A DNA stretch of 64,000 nt from Nitrospirota bacterium (GTDB lineage Bacteria > Nitrospirota > UBA9217), in assembly GCA_963663225.1 (NCBI GenBank), contig OY760142.1, positions 1,696,001-1,760,000 on the forward strand. The letters are read 5' to 3'. Below the pieces are notes generated by a model. The model was not told where the DNA came from, made no database searches, and saw nothing but the letters and a program-made list of their open reading frames with translations. Of this stretch, positions 1 through 8,900 are shown in pieces. The translations under genes and the position numbers were made by a program. The number at the start of each line of letters is the position of its first letter. Position 1 is the first letter of the stretch.

Positions 1-443
1 TCGGCAAAGTCGTGGTCAAGATCAATCTGAAGCAGGAATACGAGAACCTGAGCGCCTTGATCGCGGAAAAAGACCTGTCCATGATGGAGGCGGAGATCGA
101 GCTTTTCGGGATGGACCATACCGAAGTGGGGGCATGGCTCGCCAAATCGTGGTTTCTGCCGGAAAAGCTGATCGAACCGATCACGTTTCACCATGCCGTT
201 GAAAAATCAGTCCTGCATTCCGTGAAAACCTCGGTCGTGCATGTCGCAGACGTGCTGGTAAAGGCCGGCGGCTTCGGATTCAGCGGCGACGATATCGTTC
301 CGCAAATACAGCCCGTTGCCTGGAAAAATCTGGGGCTTGAGGAATCCGCTTTGAAACCGATTGTGGAAGAGCTGGAAGACAGATTTATCGAACTGCAAAA
401 TTTCAGCATGGAGATACAGTCAGCCGATGCCGCCCGCAATTAG
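1..443 (+). CDS. HDOD-domain signal transduction protein, 5'-truncated by the window edge
   Basis: E-x-ELFGMDHTEVGAWLAKSWFLP...I-x-FHH...VVHVAD matches the HDOD C-terminal signature. The frame is open from the window start. Confidence 0.8.
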   Translation, partial: GKVVVKINLKQEYENLSALIAEKDLSMMEAEIELFGMDHTEVGAWLAKSWFLPEKLIEPITFHHAVEKSVLHSVKTSVVHVADVLVKAGGFGFSGDDIVPQIQPVAWKNLGLEESALKPIVEELEDRFIELQNFSMEIQSADAARN

Positions 444-1350
444 GATCGCGTTAATCTCGCAGGACAAAAGCCTTCTTTCCCGCCTGGAGCTCAGGCTCCA
501 GAGCCGCGGCTATCAAGTGGTTCAGATCGAGTCTCTTGCGGGAGTCCTGGGGTTTCTGTACGCGGACCCTCCCGACCTCGTCATTATCAACCTTGCCTCA
601 CTGGACGAAGCATCGCAGCAGGTCATCCATGATCTGCGGGAGGACAGCTACTTCAGCGTCATTCCCTTGATTGCCGTGCTGGACCGGCTGCCTGAAGATT
701 CTTTTGACTGGAGCGCCCTGCCTGTTGATGATTTTGTCGTGCAGCCGCTGAACTATGATGAGCTGTTCAGGCGCGTCAATCTCGCCATGCAGCGGATCCA
801 GCGCATTTTCGACAACAATCCCCTCACCAGACTTCCCGGCAACACCTCCATTCAACATGCGATCGACAAAGCCCTGGGAAAGGCCATGGCGGTCTGCTAT
901 GTGGATATCAACCATTTCAAGCCGTACAACGATACCTACGGTTTCTCCCGCGGCGATGATGTGATCCGGATGGTTGCGCGGATCACCGCAAATGTCGTGC
1001 GGGACCAGGGGGAAGGCGGTTTTGTGGGCCACGTGGGCGGGGACGATTTTGTGTTTGTCGTGCCGCTGGGAAAAGCGGAAGCTGCCTGCCAGACCATTAT
1101 CGACAATTTTTCAGGAGTCGCGTCGGACCTCTTCGGCGAAGCGGAGAAAAAGAAGGGGTATTACATCGCCAAGGACCGGAACAATGTCGAATCGAAGATA
1201 CCGCTGCTGAGCCTGTCCATCGCCATCGTGCCGACGAGCACGCCGTACATCCAGCATCCGGGCAAAGTCGCTGAAGTTGCCGCCGAGCTGAAAAAACTTG
1301 CCAAGAAATCCCCCGGCAGTGCCTATGTCATCGACCGTCGGAAAAGGTAA
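427..1350 (+). CDS. Receiver-like domain plus GGDEF-family diguanylate cyclase
   Basis: NPLTRLPGN, D-INHFKPYNDTYGFSRGD and GHVGGDDF motifs with an N-terminal REC-like fold. ATG 427 is preferred and overlaps the HDOD gene end. Confidence 0.85.
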   Translation: MPPAIRIALISQDKSLLSRLELRLQSRGYQVVQIESLAGVLGFLYADPPDLVIINLASLDEASQQVIHDLREDSYFSVIPLIAVLDRLPEDSFDWSALPVDDFVVQPLNYDELFRRVNLAMQRIQRIFDNNPLTRLPGNTSIQHAIDKALGKAMAVCYVDINHFKPYNDTYGFSRGDDVIRMVARITANVVRDQGEGGFVGHVGGDDFVFVVPLGKAEAACQTIIDNFSGVASDLFGEAEKKKGYYIAKDRNNVESKIPLLSLSIAIVPTSTPYIQHPGKVAEVAAELKKLAKKSPGSAYVIDRRKR

Positions 1351-1424
1351 GAGTCATCCGGCCGTGTCTTTCAGAAGGCCGGATTTCATTCCTGCGGACA
1401 TGCAATATACAACCTCCACCCCGC

Positions 1425-1452
1425 TTGACACTTCGGACAATCCAGATATAAT
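1425..1452 (+). promoter_or_regulatory. sigma70-type promoter
   Basis: TTGACA (1425-1430), 16-nt spacer, TATAAT (1447-1452), upstream of the macro-domain gene. Confidence 0.75.
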
Positions 1453-1481
1453 TTAACTATTAAAAACGAGGGCTGTACGGC

Positions 1482-2018
1482 ATGGCGAAACTGCTCGAAA
1501 AAAAGATTGGCGAAGCGCTGCTGCGTCTGATATCCTCCGACATCACCGAGAGAAAGGTTGATGCTGTCGTGAACGCGGCCAACAGCCGTCTGCAGCACGG
1601 AGGCGGTGTGGCAGGTGCGATTGTCAAAAGGGGCGGCAGGATCATCCAGGAGGAGAGCGACAGGATAGGCTTTGTTCCCGTGGGCGGTGCTGCAATCACG
1701 ACCGGCGGATCATTACATGCGCACTCCGTCATTCACGCTGTCGGGCCGAGGATGGGCGAAGGAGACGAAGAAAACAAATTAAGGAAAGCGGTCAACAGCG
1801 TGCTCACGCTTGCCGCGGAGAAAAAATTCACCAGCATATCGCTGCCGGCCATAAGCGCTGGAATCTTCGGGTTTCCCAAGGACCGCTGCGCAAAAATTCT
1901 CGTGGAAGAAACGGAGTCTTTTTTAAAAAACAGTCCGGCTGCTTCGCTCAGACTTGTCGAATTCTGCATTCCTGATCCGGAGGCCTTTGAATACTTTAAA
2001 AACGAATTGGAAAAATAA
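1482..2018 (+). CDS. Macro domain protein (YmdB-like ADP-ribose/O-acetyl-ADP-ribose hydrolase)
   Basis: DIT...DAVVNAANSRLQHGGGVAGAI, VIHAVGP and PAISAGIFGFP motifs. Confidence 0.92.
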   Translation: MAKLLEKKIGEALLRLISSDITERKVDAVVNAANSRLQHGGGVAGAIVKRGGRIIQEESDRIGFVPVGGAAITTGGSLHAHSVIHAVGPRMGEGDEENKLRKAVNSVLTLAAEKKFTSISLPAISAGIFGFPKDRCAKILVEETESFLKNSPAASLRLVEFCIPDPEAFEYFKNELEK

Positions 2019-2078
2019 AAACGCACCAGGAAATCATCCTGATCTTAATACTTCGCCACACGCGAAAGGAGCCATGCT

Positions 2079-2522
2079 ATGATAAAAGAGTTCAAGGCAT
2101 TCATCATGCGGGGCAATGTGCTTGATCTGGCGGTCGCAGTCATCATCGGCGGTGTTTTTGGAAAGATTGTGAGTTCGCTGGTCAATGACGTTCTTATGCC
2201 GCCCATCGGGGCCCTAATGGGCAAGGTGGATTTCAGCAGCCTCTATCTCAATCTCTCAACGGAGACGTACACGAGCCTTGCAGAGGCGCAAAAAGCCGGA
2301 GCTCCGGTCATCAAGTACGGGCTGTTTATCAATACCGTCATTGATTTCATCATTGTGTCGTTCGTTATTTTTCTCGTGGTGCGCATGGCCAACCGGCTGC
2401 AGCAGAAGCCGGCTGCAGCACCCGCGGAGCCGACCACGAAGGAATGCCCGCATTGCCTGTCGACCGTTCCGATAAAAGCCACACGCTGCGCGCACTGCAC
2501 ATCCGAACTGAAAGTTGCCTGA
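2079..2522 (+). CDS. mscL: Large-conductance mechanosensitive channel with a C-terminal zinc-ribbon extension
   Basis: [24 protein letters not shown] and [11 protein letters not shown], with tail CPHC-x10-CAHC. AAGGAG RBS upstream. Confidence 0.95.
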   Translation: MIKEFKAFIMRGNVLDLAVAVIIGGVFGKIVSSLVNDVLMPPIGALMGKVDFSSLYLNLSTETYTSLAEAQKAGAPVIKYGLFINTVIDFIIVSFVIFLVVRMANRLQQKPAAAPAEPTTKECPHCLSTVPIKATRCAHCTSELKVA

Positions 2523-2543
2523 TTAGTAAACCCTAAAAACAAG

Positions 2544-2588
2544 GTCCCAGCTGCCGATTTGAGATAAAGTCGGTGCTGGGACTCCTTT
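2544..2588 (+). terminator. Stem-loop after mscL, probable terminator
   Basis: GTCCCAGC(T)GCCGATTT...AAAGTCGGTGCTGGGAC inverted repeat with only a weak U-tract. Confidence 0.55.
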
Positions 2589-2790
2589 GTGCATTGATTA
2601 CAAAGTTTATTTTTCCAGCCAAATTATCCTTCAACCAAACTGCACGTAGTTAAGTTACGCTAAACAGTTCTTTCCAAACTATCCGCATAAAAAAAAGTTT
2701 TTTAGCCAAAATATTGTCATTTGTCATTTATCCGGCATTTTTTATAAATCTATTTTGAAAAAAATTGAAACATTTTGATACTTTATGTTT

Positions 2791-2806
2791 AGGCATGCTA
2801 GTTGCT
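2791..2806 (+). promoter_or_regulatory. Putative sigma54 (-24/-12) promoter of the adhesin operon
   Basis: AGGCAT-GCTAG-TTGCT fits TGGCAC-N5-TTGCW with exact GG/GC spacing, inside an AT-rich ~430-bp intergenic region. Confidence 0.6.
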
Positions 2807-2950
2807 ATACGTTATCATACTCCTACTTAAGTTATTGAAGAAAAAATATAATTCATAGTAATGCGGAACGTAGCTGTTATTGGATACTAATTTTTTTGAG
2901 TAACAGGCATCGTGAGTGAGCGGCTGGTCATATAACAAAAAAGGACGGTC

Positions 2951-5900
2951 ATGCTATCAACTATCAATGTCGGTGAAAAAAATAATTTCGGGAAAAACCT
3001 GCTGTATTCAATAAGGAGTGCGGTGAGCGTTCCCTGTAAAGCAGTAACCAAAGCGCTTTGCAGAATGCGAACATCAAATGTCCTTAGGTTCGCATTGTTT
3101 TGGATGTTAGCCTTCGCTGCACCCGTGTATGCGGATATGAGTGCCTCCGTCACGCTCTTGAGCGGAGATCCCACTGACATCTACCCGAGCCAGACGACGC
3201 GCCTTCAAATAACTCTTTCCAACAGCAACCAGACCGCTCAAATAACGAATGTTGCTTTCAGTAACAGCCTGCCCGGAACGTGGCCCAATGCGCTGCGAAT
3301 TGCCGGTGTGTACACGTACACCTGTACTGATCCAAGCGGCCCGGTAACATCGCCCGGGTCCGGGACGTTGACTGCCGATGTAAATACGCAGGCAATATCG
3401 CTGTCCGGCGGCGTGATACCCGCCCGCGCCAACAATACCGACGGCACCTGCACAATCGTTATTCCGGTAACCGCAGGAACTTCCAGCGGGAGCACGGCAA
3501 CATATACCTATCAGATACTGAGCGGTGCCGTTACCGGCGATGACGGCTCAGCTGTTGCCAATTCCGGCACCGTCAGCCAGAGCGTCAATGTGCGCGCGCT
3601 TACTCCTCCTTCACTGTCCAAGAGCTTTGCTTCATCGAACATATACCTCGGAGGAAATGCGACGACGCTTACCATAACCCTTGCCAACGCAAACCCGGTA
3701 GCGATCACAAACTTCAGCATAACCGATGCGTTCCCGCAGCTGGGGGGTGCGGCCATTATACGGGTCGCCGCAACGCCGGGAGCTGCGGCAAGCTGCAATA
3801 ATGGCGGCAGCGCGCCGACATTCAGCCCTTCAGCAGGCGACACTTCGATCAGCGCGACGGGAACGATCCCGGCCAGATCGGGAAGTACGAATGGAAGCTG
3901 CACGATCAGCGTGAGCATTGAAGGCGCCCAAACCAACAGCCTGTATACGACAGGAGCGCAGGCAAATACCATCAACAGGCTGACCAACTTCAGCAATGAT
4001 GTCGGCATTGTACCTACAGCGAATGCCACCGCAAATATAACCGTACTATCACCGCTCCGGCTGAACAAAGCGTTTGCGCATGCGGCACTTTCCAGCGGCC
4101 AGTCGGACAGCCTGACGATCACGCTCTATAATGACGGGAATACCGATCTGACGGTGACCACTTTTACCGATGATCCCATTGACGGAACGACTGCCGGCAA
4201 TACCAATCCCTATGGTTTAAAAGTCACAGGCCAATCGACCACCTGCGCGGGAGGCACGGTAACCCCCACGCTGAACAATACCGGCGTTACCCTGACCGAC
4301 GGCGTTATTCCCCACAACGGTTCCTGCACGGTCACGGTAAGCTTCACAGGCACCGTGACGACTGCGGGAGTCCCCGTAACATATACAAACTCGATTCCGC
4401 AGGGTGCTGTCGGAACGACAACCGCCGGAATCATAAGCCAGACCCGCTCTGCATCGATTCTTGTCGCGGATGATCTCCGGGTCACGAAAAGCGCGGCTCC
4501 GACAACAGCTGCGCCCGGCAACCCGGTCCGCTACACGCTTACCGTTTACAATTATACCGCCTCGGCAATTTCCAATCTGGCCGTGACGGACCATCTCACC
4601 AACGGGACGACATTTCTTACCGGAACAATCAATGGGAACAATTATACGCCGTCGATATCAGGTGCTTGTTCGGGTTTGTCCGTTACGGGAGCCGTCGGAG
4701 ATACCGTTCCTGTATTCACGATCAGTTCATTCAATGCCCGCACGGACGCCAACACTCCAAGCTCATGCACGGTGACGTTTTATGCGATGACTTCAAAAAC
4801 CGCGGCCAACGGATCGTCCACAGCCAACACCATCAGCGCAGGAGACGTATGCTACAACGGCGGCGCAACCTGCAACGGCGCGGGAACAAGCTCCACCGGA
4901 ACCACCGTGACGACGACGCTGATTACCGCGGCAAAGAGTTTCTCCCCTGCCGGTCCGCTTCCGGAAGGGTCGATCTCGACCATGACCATCACGCTGACGA
5001 ACCAGTCTGCAAGTCCCATCACGAATGCCACCATCTCCGACACGCTGCCGGTAGCAACAGTCGGAGGCGGCCAGATGCGTATCGCGAGTCCTTCGAATGC
5101 CGCCAGCACCTGCGGCAGCCCCATGATCACGGCCGTTGCCGGGTCGACATCACTCGCCATGAATGGCGGAACGATACCCGCGCGGGCAAGCAACGGCACC
5201 GGAACAGCCGGCACCTGTTTTATCAGGGTTGATGTGATCGGCCCTGCCGGGACGTACAACAACACGGCAACCGCGGGCGGCACGGAAACGTATGCAGACG
5301 GCACCACGCATTCAGTGACTCCCGTGACCACGGCGGTGGCCACGCTGGTTTATACCTCTTCCTTGTCGGCAACAAAGAGTTTCAACCCTGCGAGTGTTTC
5401 CTCGGGCGGACGATCCACCGTGACCGTGCGGCTTTCGAACTCAGGTGCGGCGGCCCTCACCAACGTGGGCGCCACCGATCCGCTGCCTGCCGGCATGGTG
5501 GTCGCACCCACGCCGAATGCGTATACGACCTGTGCGGGCAGTCCGTTGATCACGGCTGCGGCGGGTGCCGGTTCGGTCAGTATGTCCGGGGCCGGTCTTG
5601 CCGGTTCCGGAACGTGCGATCTTCTTTTTGACGTGGTGGCAACCGGCAGCGCCAGCTGGAGCAATACGATCCCGATCGGCAACATTACGGCTGACGGCGG
5701 GGTGCGGAATCAGACGGCGGTTTCAGCAACGCTCACGTATAACGCGCCGACGGCCCTGACCGTCGCGAAAGCAACGAATCCCAGCACCCTGACTTTTCCG
5801 GGGCAGATGAGCCAGTTCATTATTACGATAACCAACGGCACACAAGCAGTAACAAATCTCCGGCTGACGGATTATTTTACGGCAAACGGCACTTCAGGAG

Positions 5901-8900
5901 CTTCCGTAAACGGTATGGTCGTTGCTGCAACTCCGGGAACATCGACAACGTGTCCTGGCGGCGTCATATCTGCAGTCGCAGGCAGCACATCGGTCGGAAT
6001 CTCCGGGGTTTCGCTTGCCGCAAGCGCTTCCTGCACGGTGGGCGTCAACGTCACTTCGACCAGCGTAGGAGGCATTACCAATTATATTCCGGTCGGCTCC
6101 ATTATTACGGACCAGGGCTTGACCAACAGCGGGCAGGCGAGCACCAGTCTCGCGACCCAGAGCAATATCGGTATAGTAAAGCAGTTTACCCCCGCGGTCG
6201 TAAAGCCGGGCCAGAGATCGAGACTCCGTATTACGTTCTACAATCCGACAAGCCTGCCCATGGCGAATCTCGCGGTGATCGATACCCTGCCTGCCGGGGT
6301 AACGGTGCCGAGCGGTCCGAATCCCACCTCGAGCTGCACAGGAGCGACGGTTTTGTCCCCTGCATCCGACCAGGTGCAGGTTTCGGGCGGTACCATTGCC
6401 GCCGCGTCCTCCGGCGTATCAGCTTCATGTTATGCGGAAATCGACGTGACGGCCTCGGCGCAGGGTGATTATGTTAATACCATTGCCGCCGGAGCAGTCA
6501 CCGCAACGAGCGGCGGCGCACCGACAACCAATTCCCAACCGGCCAGCGACACACTTCGCGCCAAATCACCGATTACGATTCACAAAGCAATCGGCGGATA
6601 TACGCTCGATGCGGGCAGTCCTGCCGGATTCACAACCGGCTCGGCGACGCGTACTCCCGGCAGCACAGCGACGCTGGTCATACGGATGGACAATCCCAAC
6701 ACGGTGCCGCTGACGTCAACGGCATTCACCGATGCGCTTCCAGCCGGCCTGGTGGTTGCCACGACACCGAACGCATCCACGACCTGCACCGGCGGGACCG
6801 TAATCGCGCCGGCTTCGGGCACCAGTATCAGACTTTCAGGCGCGACCATACCCGCGAGCGGAAACTGCACCGTGAGCGTGGACGTGCTGAGCAACATATC
6901 TGCGGCGTATACAAACAGCATCGCAGCCTCCAGCATCACAACGTTTGAAGGCGTGAGCAATGAGGAGCCGACCAGCGCGCAACTGGTCGTTTCGACCCCG
7001 CCCACAGTAAGCAAACAGTTTGCACCCGCAGTCATTCCGACCAACGGCACCTCGACGCTCACGATCTATCTCGAAAACAGCAATGCAACAGCCCTGACCC
7101 TGACGTCGGTCTTTACCGACACGCTTCCGACCGCGCCTGGCACTATTGTGGTAGCGGCCGTTCCCAATATCGTCAAAACATGCCCCGGCGCCGTTACCGC
7201 TGCTGCGGGGAGTGGCACCGTTACCTATGCGAACGGCGCACAAATCCCGGTCGGCGGCTGTTCAATCAGCGTGAATGTGACCGGGGCGACATCCGGCGTG
7301 CATACGAACAACATTCCGGCAGGGGCACTCCAGACGAATCTCGGCAACAACCAGCAGCCGGCGAATTCCACGCTGACGATCAGCACCATGGGGTTCATCT
7401 CAGGCCGGGTGTTTAAAGACAACAATGTCACACCGAACGGGACGTACGAGACCGGAACGGACACGCCCATTTCCGGCGTCAGCATCGATCTGCGCAGCGG
7501 CGCCAATTGCAGCGGTGCATTGGTGAGCGTTGTCGGCCTCACAAATCCGACCACAACGGACGCGCTCGGCAATTATATGTTCTCCGGCTTGCCAGCAGGC
7601 ACCTATTCGGCCTGCGAGCCTGTACAGCCGACCGGCACGGTCAACGGTACTACGACGGCGGGAGCCATTACGTCAGTGAACGGCAGCACGGGTGCGGCAG
7701 GCGCTGCATCCAATCCGACATCGGCGACAAGCCAGATCGTCAACATTGTTTTGAACGGCGACGGATCGGCAGGCGCAGTCAGCGGCACCATGGGCAATAA
7801 TTTTGCCGAGATCGTGCTGTCGAGTATTTCCGGATCGGTATTTTTGGACCAGAACAACAACGGCGTCCAGAACGGCGCGGATGCCGGAATCGCCAATGTC
7901 ACGATAGAGCTGCTGAACAATGCCACCACGGTCATCGCGACCGCCACAACCGATTCCAATGGAGCATACGCCTTCACGAATCTGCAGCCCGGCACCTATT
8001 CCGTGCGCGAACCGGGCCAGCCGGCTGCAACAGCAAACGGCATAACGGCAGCCGGAACGGTAGCCAATGGAGGGACCGCAGGCACCGCGACCAGCGTGAC
8101 CGTCACGCCGAGCGTCATTAGTGCCATTGTCCTGCCTCCGAATACGACCGCGGCCGGGAACAATTTTGCAGAAATTCCGCTGGGCCGCAGGATATCCGGC
8201 GTCGTGTTCCTTGATTACAACAACGACGGCACCTTTAACGGCTCTGACCACGGCATCGGCAGTCAGACGCTGAGCCTGACCGGGACCGACATTAACGGGA
8301 ACACGGTGAGCGGCTCCGCGACCACGAACTCAGACGGCTCCTACGACTTTCTGAATTTGCCGGAAGGCACCTACACCGTGAACCAGCCGGGTCAGCCGGC
8401 AGGGACGACGAACGGCACGACGACTGCGGGCAGCACCGGCGGAACAGCAACGAATCCTACCGGCACCAGCAGCCGCATTGTCAATATCAGCCTTATGGGC
8501 GGCAACACGGTGTCCGCGAACAACAATTTTGCAGAGCAGCCGGGTGCGGCGCCTGACCTTGCCATTGCAAAGACCCATACCCCGGCCAGCCTCGGTGCTT
8601 CGAGCACGACGGGATATTTCACGCTGACCCCGAGCAACGTCGGCACGGTTTCGACGAGCGGCGCCATCACCATCACGGATACGATGCCTGCCGATCTTGC
8701 TCCGACGGTCGCGTCCGGAACAGGCTGGGCGTGTTCTATTGCAGGCCAGACCATCTCCTGCACCTCTTCGTCCGCCATCGCCGCCGGTGCAAGCGGTAAT
8801 GCCGTGACGGTGCGGGTAACGGTCGGCGCCGGGCTTTCGGGACAGATACTGGTAAACACGGCGGTAATTTCCGGAGGCGGAGAGCCGGTTGGGTTTGACG

